Source: an uncultured virus (IMG/VR IMGVR_UViG_3300042864_001264) (lineage: Duplodnaviria; Heunggongvirae; Uroviricota; Caudoviricetes). Taken from it: 64,000 nt of DNA. The notes under the pieces were generated by a model. The model was given only the letters and a program-made list of their open reading frames with translations. It was not told the origin of the DNA and did no database searches. The position numbers were made by a program, and so were the translations under genes. The DNA is taken from IMG/VR virus record IMGVR_UViG_3300042864_001264. One strand, 5' to 3'. This document shows positions 25,573-36,100 of the stretch, piece after piece; positions within the stretch are counted from its first letter, which is position 1; every line of letters starts with the position of its first letter.

Positions 25573-26121
25573 ATGAAATTCAAAGTAGGTGACGCTGGAG
25601 AGGAGATAGAGAAATCTATCTCCTACCAGTCTTTTCCAGAAGCCTTATATAATGAAGGCATATGGGGACATTTTGCATTTATTCATGATAAAGATTACCA
25701 CATAAGAGTTATATGCTCTGCTTACAATACAGACAGATATAAGCCAGGAACAGTTGTAGTTTCCAATAAGATATTTAACGAATTTCCAATAGCACAAAGC
25801 GCTTGGAATATGAATAATCAAATAAGTAGAATGTATGTAGACCCTTTTTATAGAGGAAAAGGAGTTGCAACTTATAGTGTAATAACAAACGATATGCTTG
25901 CAAGAAAATTAGGTTATGAAATTTGGTCAGCAATTTATGGACTTAAAGGTGGGACGGTAGCTGGAGATCAGCTTTACAACAAGATATATAGCCTAGGATT
26001 TGAAGAAAAAAAGATAGATATAGACTTAAACGATATATTTCAATACAGAAATTTTTCGTATCCAGTTAATTACATAGATAAGAGAATGGTTTATGTTGAA
26101 CCAGACATACAGCAAAACTAA
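25573..26121 (+). CDS. GNAT-family acetyltransferase-like protein
   Basis: MYVDPFYRGKGVAT acetyl-CoA-binding motif A. Confidence 0.7.
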   Translation: MKFKVGDAGEEIEKSISYQSFPEALYNEGIWGHFAFIHDKDYHIRVICSAYNTDRYKPGTVVVSNKIFNEFPIAQSAWNMNNQISRMYVDPFYRGKGVATYSVITNDMLARKLGYEIWSAIYGLKGGTVAGDQLYNKIYSLGFEEKKIDIDLNDIFQYRNFSYPVNYIDKRMVYVEPDIQQN

Positions 26122-26671
26122 TTTTATTAAAAGTCATTCTAATATAGGTTTTGATATTGATTTATTAGAAGAGATGTCGTATAAAAAAGATGAAATTTAT
26201 TACACTAAAGACGGCGATTTAGAGTTAGATCATGAAGTTATAATAAAAAGCAAAAACCTTTTTTCTGTGTATAATGACAATATATACAGCCTATATTTAG
26301 AAATTTCTGATCTTATAAAAGAAGCTTGTCGTGTTTATGAAATAGATAAAAATAAACAAAAATACATGATATACGCCAAGATCTCACAGTACGGTCCAGG
26401 TACTAATCCAAATTGGTATGACTTCCCAGGAATAAATATACCATATTTGCACGGAATGTATTTCCCAGCGGGTACTGAGTACAGCTTGTCTTTTATGAAT
26501 AATGGTATATATACCAAGGAAATATTTAATAAAAATGACATGTATATAAATAAGCCAACAGATGTAATAAATATTAAAACCGACAGCTGGAATGATGTAA
26601 TAGAGTTTTACGTTGTTCCACTATACTCTTTAAAGCATAATGAGCCAGGTGTATGGGTTCCAATAAATTAA
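26093..26671 (+). CDS. Hypothetical protein (possibly a degenerate double-stranded beta-helix fold)
   Basis: ORF track; lies within the modification cluster; no intact metal motif seen. Confidence 0.55.
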   Translation: MLNQTYSKTNFIKSHSNIGFDIDLLEEMSYKKDEIYYTKDGDLELDHEVIIKSKNLFSVYNDNIYSLYLEISDLIKEACRVYEIDKNKQKYMIYAKISQYGPGTNPNWYDFPGINIPYLHGMYFPAGTEYSLSFMNNGIYTKEIFNKNDMYINKPTDVINIKTDSWNDVIEFYVVPLYSLKHNEPGVWVPIN

Positions 26672-26712
26672 AATAAATGATACAATATATATAACCACAG
26701 AAAAGAGAAAAC

Positions 26713-27411
26713 ATGTTAGAAAATGCAGAATACCTAGCTACAGGAATAGTCGTATATAGAGATGTTTTTACCAAAGATAAACAGTATATTGAAAGACTAG
26801 AAAACACCCTAGGCTCAGAGTCTAATACAAGATACAGCTGGAAGCCAGGATACACGGGCTACGGAGCAAAAAACCTTAGTTACAGAGACTGTGTAGATTT
26901 CAAACTTAAGTACAATGAAGATAAATCTTTGTCCGCACATATGGATAACGTTAGCCAAGAAAAACAAGATGAAACCGATAAAGATCTAATTAGAATTTGG
27001 GAAGATGCATACTATGCACAGCTTCCAGCAGTTGATGACTATAGAAATATGTTTAGCCTTGCCCCTCTAAAATACTGGGAATCATTTAACTTTATTAGAT
27101 ACGGAGCTGGACAGCATTTTCAAGTCCATTCAGATCATGGATACTCTTATACATGCGTACTGTCTTTAGTAGGGTATTTAAACGATGATTACGAAGGCGG
27201 AGAGTTATTTTTTGATAAACTTAACTTAAAGATTAAGCCTAAAGCTGGAGATCTTTATCTATTTCCTTCTTCTTATGTTTATTCACACGCCGCAATGCCA
27301 GTTACTTCGGGAGTAAAGTATTCTATAGTAACAATGCTTGACTATTTAGAAACCGCTCATACTCCAGAATACAGAAACTTAGAGGCACAGTATTCAAAGA
27401 GCTTGCTCTAA
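26713..27411 (+). CDS. 2OG-Fe(II) oxygenase, P4H-like
   Basis: HSD...YLNDDYEGGEL...HAAMPV.SG.KY. Confidence 0.88.
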   Translation: MLENAEYLATGIVVYRDVFTKDKQYIERLENTLGSESNTRYSWKPGYTGYGAKNLSYRDCVDFKLKYNEDKSLSAHMDNVSQEKQDETDKDLIRIWEDAYYAQLPAVDDYRNMFSLAPLKYWESFNFIRYGAGQHFQVHSDHGYSYTCVLSLVGYLNDDYEGGELFFDKLNLKIKPKAGDLYLFPSSYVYSHAAMPVTSGVKYSIVTMLDYLETAHTPEYRNLEAQYSKSLL

Positions 27412-28109
27412 TGTATTCTATAAAAGCATTTAAAACAACAGGCCTGTCTAACATATCTCAATCCCCAGTAAAAAGAGACTGGATGGATGAGACTTACGAT
27501 AGACATGCATATAACTGCTTTCCTGTTACTGTGACTAATTCTTTGGGATGGAGCATATCTTTTCCAGAAGAAATATCATTTGTCTGGGATGGAATTTCAG
27601 ACTCTTCTCCCCATCACGTAAAAGTTCTTTCGGGGGAAAAATATGTGTCCACTGGAAGGGCTAATGGAACAATTAGTTTTAATTCAGGTATAGGATTTAA
27701 GACAGATAGCAATTTAAGTCTTTTATGTATTCCAACCCCTAATCTATTTATTAGAGGGGTTCAATGTTTTACAACTTTAATAAGCACTTCATTTTTTCAT
27801 GGAGATTTCCCAATAGCCTGGAAGATAACAGAACCAATGGTAAAAATAACAATTCCAGCAAATACACCAATTGCAAATATAGTCCCTATATCATTGGGGG
27901 AATTGCAAAACTCTGAAATTAAATTTGTAGATCAAAATGAAATACCGCATACTAACTGTGACCCGCAAGCCTCAATGAAAAAAATAAAAGAAATAACTGA
28001 GTCGGGCAGCTGGACTAATTTTTATAGAGACTCAGTTGACCCGTGTGGTAATAAGTTGGGTGAGCACGAAGTCAAGTCTATAAGGCTTAAGGTTATTGAT
28101 AATGCCTAA
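27411..28109 (+). CDS. DUF6065-like protein
   Basis: RDWMD...HAYNCFP...N..GW N-terminus and NFYRD C-terminus. Confidence 0.65.
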   Translation: MYSIKAFKTTGLSNISQSPVKRDWMDETYDRHAYNCFPVTVTNSLGWSISFPEEISFVWDGISDSSPHHVKVLSGEKYVSTGRANGTISFNSGIGFKTDSNLSLLCIPTPNLFIRGVQCFTTLISTSFFHGDFPIAWKITEPMVKITIPANTPIANIVPISLGELQNSEIKFVDQNEIPHTNCDPQASMKKIKEITESGSWTNFYRDSVDPCGNKLGEHEVKSIRLKVIDNA

Positions 28110-28806
28110 AATTACATTTCATTCCAATAGAGTATACAACTCTATGAGCTTAGAATTTGCACCAGAAACTACAAAAAAGAATATACCTAGTTGGTTTGTA
28201 GAATCAAGCAGATATTGGTTCCCAGAAAATAAAGACTCCCTTTCATTTAAAGCTTGTCCAGCTTTAATAGATGCCTTTGTTACAGGGTATGTTTTAAAAA
28301 CTCCATGTGATATCTATATGTCTATTACAAAAGACGAAGCAGGTAACGAATACACCGTTCCAATGTCTCCAGGCGGATACGAAGATTTTTGTGGAATTAG
28401 GCCAGATATGCCAGGATTTCCAAAACCACTTGGAACAGATAAGCATTTCCATTGGTATCCAAATTGGATGCCAGGGCTAGAGCCTGGGTATAGTGCTTTA
28501 TATATTCATCCACTAAATAGACACGACCTACCATTTATAACCCTCTCTGGTATAATTGATAACGACAAGATGGATACCCCAGGACTTATGCCATTCTTTT
28601 TAAAAAGCGGGTTTGAGGGAATGATTCCTAAAGGAACTCCTTATGCTCAGATTATTCCGTTTAAAAGAGAAGATTGGGAATCAGATCAAAAGATGTATAC
28701 TCAGGAACAAATAATAGAGAGGCATCATTATCAGGCAAATAAATTTAGAGTCCCCGAAGGTGGGGCCTACAAGAAAAAAGTATGGTCAAGAAAGAGGTAT
28801 GAATAA
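28096..28806 (+). CDS. DUF6065-related hypothetical protein (dUTPase-like fold)
   Basis: KACP...DA...GY...P...GIIDND...IPKGTPYAQIIPFKRE.W pattern seen in phage oxygenase clusters. Confidence 0.6.
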   Translation: MIMPKITFHSNRVYNSMSLEFAPETTKKNIPSWFVESSRYWFPENKDSLSFKACPALIDAFVTGYVLKTPCDIYMSITKDEAGNEYTVPMSPGGYEDFCGIRPDMPGFPKPLGTDKHFHWYPNWMPGLEPGYSALYIHPLNRHDLPFITLSGIIDNDKMDTPGLMPFFLKSGFEGMIPKGTPYAQIIPFKREDWESDQKMYTQEQIIERHHYQANKFRVPEGGAYKKKVWSRKRYE

Positions 28807-29519
28807 TGGATATGAACAAATGGGACACTTCTAAAAATGTTTCTAACTTTAATGCTAAATCTATAACACCCTCTGGATTTTTTGGAGACTCAGATAAAAA
28901 TATAGTAGAAGTAGAAAATTTTATTACAGAAGAAGAGCAGTCTATTCTACTTTCATTTTCTAAAAATAATAGTTCATTTGATGACATTCCAACAGAGTTT
29001 AATGAGAATGGAACAGTTATTTATGACGACAGGCCATGGGCCAACAGAGTTGTTACTGGGGAGCAGCTATTAAAAAATGGTGCACATGATATTATCGAGA
29101 TATTAAATAATATTGTACGTAGATTCAAGCCAGTAATTGAAAATTTCTTTGAGGTTGAGTGCTTTGCGACAGGACCAGCATTAGTTAGATGGCCAGTTGG
29201 AGCAAGACAAGAGCCTCACGCAGATAAAGAGCTTCATGAAGGCCCAGATGCAGGAACACCGAACTCTTTTCCATGGTATGACATAGGAACAGTTTTTTAT
29301 ATTAACGATGACTATGAAGGCGGAGAGCTATATTTTCCAAAACAGGGAATAGAGTTTAAGCCCAAAGCACGAGCTGGATACTTCTTTCCTGGAGACTTAA
29401 ACTATATTCATGGAGTTAGACCAATAGTAAGCGGGTGTAGATATACTTCACCTTATTTCTGGACAATAAGTGTCTTGCCAGAAAAATTTAGCGGGCCAAA
29501 GGATTTTAAAAATGAGTAG
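28806..29519 (+). CDS. 2OG-Fe(II) oxygenase, P4H-like
   Basis: HAD...YINDDYEGGELYF...HGV..I.SG.RY. Confidence 0.88.
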   Translation: MDMNKWDTSKNVSNFNAKSITPSGFFGDSDKNIVEVENFITEEEQSILLSFSKNNSSFDDIPTEFNENGTVIYDDRPWANRVVTGEQLLKNGAHDIIEILNNIVRRFKPVIENFFEVECFATGPALVRWPVGARQEPHADKELHEGPDAGTPNSFPWYDIGTVFYINDDYEGGELYFPKQGIEFKPKARAGYFFPGDLNYIHGVRPIVSGCRYTSPYFWTISVLPEKFSGPKDFKNE

Positions 29520-30234
29520 CTGGATAACAATGCATAAGGAAGAATGTTTTACTGCTGATAACTTTTTATCAGAATCAGAATGCAAGTCTATAATTTCTTA
29601 TCTTGAATGGTTGGTAGACAATAAGATTTTAGAATGGAATCAAATATCCTTTTATGATTCATTTGCCATGGGATTTTGGCCTTACGATCCAAACCTAGAA
29701 CTATTTGGATTGCCTTCTAATTATTTTAATGAAGTATTAAAAAAAAGAATAAAAGACCTAGCAGAAAACGTTTTGTTAAAAGAATTATCTGAGGTAAGCT
29801 ATCATGCTCAAAAATGGACAGATGGAGCATATGCATCATTTCATTCTGACAATTCAGATGAAGATGGGAATCCTACTGAATTTGAAAGTAGCAAGTATGC
29901 TGCGTTTATATATCTAAATAATGATTTTGAAGGTGGGTACTTAAACTTTAAAAATTATGATATTAACATTAAGCCATCTATAGGAAAGATAGCAATTTTT
30001 GCTGGAGGACACACAAATGAGCACGAAGTTACAAAAGTCCACGGTGGAACACGATACACAATAGGATCATTTTGGGACACTGCAGATTCTGTTTATAGCG
30101 AAGAAAGATTAAAAGAAAGAGCTGAGCGCCTTAAGAAAACTAGAGAAGAGCAGGATCGGACATATGAGTCCTGGAAAAAAGAAAAAGAGATGGGCATAAC
30201 GCAAGACTACATTGGAAAGTATGGTGAGAAATGA
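29512..30234 (+). CDS. 2OG-Fe(II) oxygenase, P4H-like
   Basis: HSD...YLNNDFEGG...HEV..V.GGTRY; start moved to ATG 29512. Confidence 0.88.
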   Translation: MSSWITMHKEECFTADNFLSESECKSIISYLEWLVDNKILEWNQISFYDSFAMGFWPYDPNLELFGLPSNYFNEVLKKRIKDLAENVLLKELSEVSYHAQKWTDGAYASFHSDNSDEDGNPTEFESSKYAAFIYLNNDFEGGYLNFKNYDINIKPSIGKIAIFAGGHTNEHEVTKVHGGTRYTIGSFWDTADSVYSEERLKERAERLKKTREEQDRTYESWKKEKEMGITQDYIGKYGEK

Positions 30235-31085
30235 ACAAGCTAGAGATATATCCAAAAGTTATTGTTTATAAAAATATGCTTCCTAGGTGGAAAGAATATA
30301 CTGATCTTTTAAAACAGTCTGAGGAAAAGTTGCCCGAAGGATTATTTACAGAGTGGCAAGACTGGTATGGATTTGGCAAGATGATGAACCTTTCTATGAA
30401 TAGACAAAACGATGAGTATACGACAGATATCCAGAATGAGTATACCTTATTGCAAAAAGATTTTCTTACAGATGTTACAAATGCTTATTATGCATGTACA
30501 GAAGATTATGTTAAAACAAATGATATTTCTTTACCAAATTGGGTAAACAATGGAATTTCAATTTGCAAGTATTGGGAAACATCAAAGCAAAATGAAATGG
30601 CTATGCATTATCATACAGATTACAGAGGATTCGATAGCGAGTCCCCAGGAAAAAAATTTGCAATTACATGTACCGTATATATTAATGACGACTACGACGG
30701 TGGAGGACTATCTTTCCTTAAAGATGATACTGGGGATGTTATTGACTACAAGCCAGAGGCTGGAGACATAGTTGTTTTTCCATCAGGTGACCCAGTAACT
30801 GGAGGATCACATTACTTCCATGGAGTAGATAGAGTTGATAATGGAGAAAAATATTTCATAAGATGCTTCTGGTCTTATGATTTTGACGGAAGCCCAGAAT
30901 GGCATGCTAATAAAGAAAAGTACGGCGACGAGTGGGATAAAATGGATTCCGAAAGAATGAAAGAAGAAATTCAGTCTGGAATATGGCATAAGTACCTAGT
31001 TAAGTATGGAGAAGAAGATCCTAAGCTAGACAAGTCTACTCCATTTTTTATGAGGGATGAAAATGCTTATAGAAAAATTAGATAA
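30231..31085 (+). CDS. 2OG-Fe(II) oxygenase, P4H-like
   Basis: HTD...YINDDYDGG...HGV..V..GEKY. Confidence 0.88.
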   Translation: MNKLEIYPKVIVYKNMLPRWKEYTDLLKQSEEKLPEGLFTEWQDWYGFGKMMNLSMNRQNDEYTTDIQNEYTLLQKDFLTDVTNAYYACTEDYVKTNDISLPNWVNNGISICKYWETSKQNEMAMHYHTDYRGFDSESPGKKFAITCTVYINDDYDGGGLSFLKDDTGDVIDYKPEAGDIVVFPSGDPVTGGSHYFHGVDRVDNGEKYFIRCFWSYDFDGSPEWHANKEKYGDEWDKMDSERMKEEIQSGIWHKYLVKYGEEDPKLDKSTPFFMRDENAYRKIR

Positions 31086-31680
31086 TCAAATATTTTATTA
31101 TAAAAATTTGCTTAGCAATCCAAAGCAGTTTGTAGATAAGATTGAGTATTTAGAATCTGCTAACACCAATACTTCGCAGCTTTCAAAATGGAAAACCTGG
31201 AAAGCTAGTGATCAAGATACAGAGTATGGTGTTTCAAAAGATGGAATGTTTTCTAATATGCAATATAAAAATGATCTTGACCTAGAGACATCCATGCTGG
31301 TTTATAAAATTAAATCAATATCTGATTTATGTTTTGTAAACTATGCATACAATACAGGGTCTAGACAGCTCAAGCTTCCAGATTATTTTAGTATAAGAAA
31401 ATATAACTCTCTTGCAGATATGGGGAAACATGTTGATGCAGAAGATCCAACAGACAAAGCCCACCCAGTAGTTTCTGGAGTTCTTTACCTTAACGATGAT
31501 TATGAGGGTGGAGAAATTTATTTCCCAGAGCAAGATGTAAAGATTAAGCCAGAGGCTGGAAGTTTAATTATGTTTCCTGCATACAGGCCATACTTCCATC
31601 ACCCTTTGCCAGTAACTTCTGGGAGCAAGTACATGGTTCCATTTTTTTGGTACGACCTAGAAACAAATTGGAGTAATTAA
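31057..31680 (+). CDS. 2OG-Fe(II) oxygenase, P4H-like
   Basis: HVD...YLNDDYEGGE...HH...V.SG.KY. Confidence 0.88.
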   Translation: MKMLIEKLDNQIFYYKNLLSNPKQFVDKIEYLESANTNTSQLSKWKTWKASDQDTEYGVSKDGMFSNMQYKNDLDLETSMLVYKIKSISDLCFVNYAYNTGSRQLKLPDYFSIRKYNSLADMGKHVDAEDPTDKAHPVVSGVLYLNDDYEGGEIYFPEQDVKIKPEAGSLIMFPAYRPYFHHPLPVTSGSKYMVPFFWYDLETNWSN

Positions 31681-31682
31681 TT

Positions 31683-32288
31683 ATGATGCATTTGCCAGCG
31701 ATACTAGATAGCGATTGTCTCTATTTTCAAAACAATCTAACCGAATCAGACACCCTACTTAGATTTATTGAGGAGTGCGATTTAGACGAATCAACTCACG
31801 GATACATATCTCCATGGACCACATTTAATGAATTTACTGTATACAAAACTTTTAACAAAAATACAAGCATGATGTCTGAAAGAATGTTGCAGAAATGCTT
31901 GTATATATATAACAGCTTTAAATCAGGTTTATCTTTTTGTAAAGAGCACTACTCTAATTATATAATGAGAGAAACAGGCGACCTAGAAGAAATAACACTT
32001 TTTAAATCACTGCCAATGCTGGAGTTTAGTAGAGAGCAGCTATTTGAAAATACATATGATGAAAACTCTGTATCTGTTTACTTATTGATAAACACGGAAC
32101 TGTCCTCTTCTCCATTTTGCGTTGATAGATCTAAAGGTATCTATATTAATCCAGAGCCAGGAACGGCACTAATGATTAGAGACATGGTAGATCATTCTCA
32201 AGGCATGAACAAGGTAGAGCCACTGTATTACATTAAGTGTAAGTTTACTTTAAAGGAAGAAAAGACTAGCAAGACTAATCTGCTATAA
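31683..32288 (+). CDS. Degenerate 2OG-Fe(II) oxygenase paralogue
   Basis: N-terminus resembles its neighbours and INPEPG...DH is retained, but HxD is absent. Confidence 0.5.
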   Translation: MMHLPAILDSDCLYFQNNLTESDTLLRFIEECDLDESTHGYISPWTTFNEFTVYKTFNKNTSMMSERMLQKCLYIYNSFKSGLSFCKEHYSNYIMRETGDLEEITLFKSLPMLEFSREQLFENTYDENSVSVYLLINTELSSSPFCVDRSKGIYINPEPGTALMIRDMVDHSQGMNKVEPLYYIKCKFTLKEEKTSKTNLL

Positions 32289-32295
32289 TATAAAT

Positions 32296-34059
32296 ATGTC
32301 TTATTATTTGTCAGTATTAAAAAATTCACCCATAGGCCTTTGGAAAATGGACGAGCCTTCTGGATCAGTAGCGTACGACTCATCTGGATGTGGAAACAAT
32401 GGAACATATGTTGGACAAATTGTTAAGTCTGGAATGCCCATAGTTTCTGGAGGAGACCACTCAAATAAAATAGATAACTCTAATTATGTTCAGTTCAACC
32501 TATCAAAAGACTTTTCTGGTACAAATGGAACTGGCGGATTTGCAACAGAAGATACTTACGATAATGACTTTACAATAGAGGTATGGATACATCCAAAAAC
32601 AATTACATCTTTAACTCCTATATTTGCAGATTCTAGCGGCATAGGCTTGTACTGGGATAAAGGCAATATTGTATTTAAGTTAGAAAATGAAAGAATTGAT
32701 TACTCTGTACCAAATTCAAATAGAGCAATTCATGTTGTTGCAGTTTATTCAGTTACATCAATGAGTCTGTACGTAAACGGAGTAAGAGTTGCAACAAAAG
32801 ATATTAGAATTAAATTTACAAACTCTAGTGTGTTGCTGTCTTGCGGACCAGCAAATTCTGGAGAATATTTTTTAATTGACAGTCCCGCAGTATATAGATA
32901 TGGCTTGTCTCCAGAAGCAATATTATCACACTATAAAGATTTTCTTTTAACTAATGATGAGCAGGTTTCTGTTCCAGAGCTGGGTCAGCTTTTTGTAGCA
33001 TCAGAAAAATACAACAGGGTAGATACAATATACTCTTACCCACAACAAGAAAGTTGGAGTTCTTTAATATATGACAATGTAAATCTTTCTTATGATGATA
33101 CTAATAATAGTATTTACTTGTCTCCAGGATCAACATCAGGAGAGTTTGTAGAAGATTTAGTTTTAAATATAACAAAAGAGTACATATCTTCAAAGATTGA
33201 TTGGATTGCATCAACTGGAGTTGATGTTTATGTTTCAGAAGTTTCAGAAACTGGTCCGTGGACTCAATGCATAAATGGATCTTCTATCCCAGGATTTACT
33301 CAAGGCTCTAACTTTTCTTCAACAAAAATTCTATATTTTAAAATACAATTTTCATCAACAAATTCTTCTTTGTATAAGCCAGAGCTTTACTCATTAAATA
33401 TTTCTTTTTACTTGGAAAAAAGATTATTTTCTCATAATAGCGGCAATATAATTTCAACATCACAGCCAAGCTCAGGATCAGTTTGGGACATAGACATAGG
33501 ATCTAAAAGCCATACTGTAAGAAGCAGAGAATACAATAATGGAGTTAAAACAAAATCATCAGCATTTTTTATAGACCTGCTAGATGAGGCAAGGTCTATA
33601 GAGATGATCCTTACTCCAAAATCTTTATCTAGCGGTCACTTGGTTTTTAATAAAACAGGCAACACAGAGACATCCCTCTCTTGGTCTACAAATGGAACAA
33701 TATCGAAATCTAATATTAGCGGACTTTATATAAATGGACAAGTAGCAACTTCTGCTACAGATATATCTTCATATTTATATATAGATGAGCCAAACTATAT
33801 TCTTATTGTAACTACAAACCCCGTTTCTGGCCAGCTTTGGATTAATGGTAAGCAGATTGAGGGCGTAAGGTCTGGCGTTCTAGATGATAATATTTACCAA
33901 AATATTGCTACCTATTTAAGCCCATCAATTAATCACCTTGATCACTATCAATTATATATTGGGAAGCCAGCCTCTATCGGAGAAGATTCGTCACTGTCCC
34001 TGACAGAAGAGTCTGTATCAACCTACTCTAGAGACAGAGTAATCTTCCAAATATTATAA
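32296..34059 (+). CDS. LamG/concanavalin-A-like domain virion protein
   Basis: P.GLW.MDE.SG..AYDSSG.GNNGTY, FTIEVW and HVVAVY....LYVNG motifs. Confidence 0.8.
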   Translation: MSYYLSVLKNSPIGLWKMDEPSGSVAYDSSGCGNNGTYVGQIVKSGMPIVSGGDHSNKIDNSNYVQFNLSKDFSGTNGTGGFATEDTYDNDFTIEVWIHPKTITSLTPIFADSSGIGLYWDKGNIVFKLENERIDYSVPNSNRAIHVVAVYSVTSMSLYVNGVRVATKDIRIKFTNSSVLLSCGPANSGEYFLIDSPAVYRYGLSPEAILSHYKDFLLTNDEQVSVPELGQLFVASEKYNRVDTIYSYPQQESWSSLIYDNVNLSYDDTNNSIYLSPGSTSGEFVEDLVLNITKEYISSKIDWIASTGVDVYVSEVSETGPWTQCINGSSIPGFTQGSNFSSTKILYFKIQFSSTNSSLYKPELYSLNISFYLEKRLFSHNSGNIISTSQPSSGSVWDIDIGSKSHTVRSREYNNGVKTKSSAFFIDLLDEARSIEMILTPKSLSSGHLVFNKTGNTETSLSWSTNGTISKSNISGLYINGQVATSATDISSYLYIDEPNYILIVTTNPVSGQLWINGKQIEGVRSGVLDDNIYQNIATYLSPSINHLDHYQLYIGKPASIGEDSSLSLTEESVSTYSRDRVIFQIL

Positions 34060-34122
34060 TTTTGTCACTTTGCATGACAAAAAGCTGGACTTGTAGAGAC
34101 AAAGATGGTAAAATAATTAACT

Positions 34123-34467
34123 ATGGACATAAAAAGAATTAACGCCCAAATGAAATCTGGTGAGACCAGATTAGGTGTATACGTATGGGAAATGCCAGAC
34201 GGCAGATGGATCGGCGACGAAGATAATAATTTTCTTTCAATACAATCTATGTTTGGCAATAAAGAAAGAATTGAGTTGTTGGCAAAAGCCGTATCTCATT
34301 ACGGTATAGAAGAAGGTCAACCTAAATTTATTGAGGGAAGCCGACAAATTGATGAAGAAGAGTTTGAATATCAAAAACAAAGATTAAGGTGGGGATTAAC
34401 CCCAGATCCTTTGGACATAGGAGTTCACAAGGAAGAAATGGCTAAGCTTAAGGGTCCTAAAAAATGA
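34123..34467 (+). CDS. Conserved hypothetical protein upstream of the portal
   Basis: 114-aa ORF with ATGA overlap to the portal; own extended -10 promoter. Confidence 0.75.
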   Translation: MDIKRINAQMKSGETRLGVYVWEMPDGRWIGDEDNNFLSIQSMFGNKERIELLAKAVSHYGIEEGQPKFIEGSRQIDEEEFEYQKQRLRWGLTPDPLDIGVHKEEMAKLKGPKK

Positions 34468-36044
34468 GAGAATACGAAGAAGACTCAGTTGCAGATAGTG
34501 TAGAGATATCTAATGTTGCGGATTGGATGAAGTTTAATAATCCAACAACTCAAAAAAATGATGACCTATTTGATATAGATGCTGAAGAGGTTTTAAAGCT
34601 ATCTGGTTTAGGCGCATCATTTAGAAGAAAGGTCTCTAGAGATATTCAAAAAGCTTTTGTTGGAAAAGATGGATCTGTTAGCCAGCAGCTTCAGCATCAA
34701 CAGGCAGTTAGCGGATATGCCACATTTGATTTAATTCAGCCAGAGTATAACCTAGATTATCTTTCAACAATTTATGAAATTTCGCCATATAACTATGCGG
34801 CAATAAATGCAAAGGTTGCAAACATAGTTGGACTAGGATTTGATTTTATTGAATCTAAAAAAACAACAGACACTCTTGAAGAAATAGAAGATGAAAAACA
34901 GCTTGAGAGAGCACGTAAAAAGCTAAATAGAATTAAGCAAGACCTCCATCAGTGGCTTGAAGACTGCAATGAGGATGAAACATTTAAAGAAACCCTTATT
35001 AAGTTCTACACAGACGTAGAAGCTACTGGCAACGGGTACCTGGAGGTCGGTAGAACGACAACTGGCAAGATAGGGTATATCGGACATATCCCTTCAAAGA
35101 CAATGCGTGTAAGACGCTTCAGAGACGGTTTTATACAGTTGTTGTATGGCAAGGCTGTATTTTTTAGAAACTTTGGAGATACAAAAACTCCTAATCCAAT
35201 TGCAGGTCAAGAAGATAGACCTAATGAAATTATTCACTTAAAAAAATACACTCCAAAAAATAATTATTATGGAATTCCAGATATTATTGCTGCCCAAAAT
35301 GCAATGGCTGGAAATGAGTTCGCTGGAAAGTATAACCTAGACTACTTTGAAAATAAGGCGGTTCCTCGTTATATTATCACAGTAAAAGGAGCTAAGCTTT
35401 CACCAGAGTCTGAAAGAAAATTGCTTGAGTTTTTCCAGGTAGGGCTAAGAGGTAAAAATCACAGATCTTTATATATTCCTCTTCCTCCAGACTCCCCAGA
35501 CTCAAAGACTGAATTTAAAATGGAGCCTATTGAGGCAGGATCTCAAGAGTCCTCATTTAATATTTATCGTCAGTCAAATAGAGATGAAATACTAATGGCT
35601 CATAGAGTTCCTATTAATAAAATTGGAACACCAGCTGGAATAAATCTGGCTGCTGCTCGTGATGCAGATAAAACATTTAAAGAGCAGGTCTGCAGACCAG
35701 CCCAAGAGAATTTAGAAAAGAAATTAAATAAAATAGTTCAAGAAATGACAGATGCCCTAGAGCTTAAATTTAATGAATTAAGTTTAACGGATGCAGATAC
35801 CCAATCAAAGATTGACGAAAGATATCTTAGATTCCAGGTAATAACTCCAAATGAAATTAGAGTTAGAATGGGCATGGTACCAAGAGAAGGCGGAGATGTC
35901 CCAGTAGACCTTGCAGCCCAAGCAGCCGAAATAAAAGCTCAGGCTAACCAAAGTAGAACTCGTGACCAAGAAAGGTCAGCCAACTCCCCAGACAAATCGG
36001 GAGAGGGAAGAAATTCAAAGGGAGATGGAAGACAAGTCGACTAG
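34464..36044 (+). CDS. Portal protein
   Basis: GNGYLE, EIIHLK....YYGIP, YFENKAVP, ILMAHRVP and TPNEIR motifs; first in the head module. Confidence 0.9.
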   Translation: MREYEEDSVADSVEISNVADWMKFNNPTTQKNDDLFDIDAEEVLKLSGLGASFRRKVSRDIQKAFVGKDGSVSQQLQHQQAVSGYATFDLIQPEYNLDYLSTIYEISPYNYAAINAKVANIVGLGFDFIESKKTTDTLEEIEDEKQLERARKKLNRIKQDLHQWLEDCNEDETFKETLIKFYTDVEATGNGYLEVGRTTTGKIGYIGHIPSKTMRVRRFRDGFIQLLYGKAVFFRNFGDTKTPNPIAGQEDRPNEIIHLKKYTPKNNYYGIPDIIAAQNAMAGNEFAGKYNLDYFENKAVPRYIITVKGAKLSPESERKLLEFFQVGLRGKNHRSLYIPLPPDSPDSKTEFKMEPIEAGSQESSFNIYRQSNRDEILMAHRVPINKIGTPAGINLAAARDADKTFKEQVCRPAQENLEKKLNKIVQEMTDALELKFNELSLTDADTQSKIDERYLRFQVITPNEIRVRMGMVPREGGDVPVDLAAQAAEIKAQANQSRTRDQERSANSPDKSGEGRNSKGDGRQVD

Positions 36045-36100
36045 TCCTGCTCAACTAGTTATTTGCCTTTTTATAGAACAATCTCTATAATATATAACAT

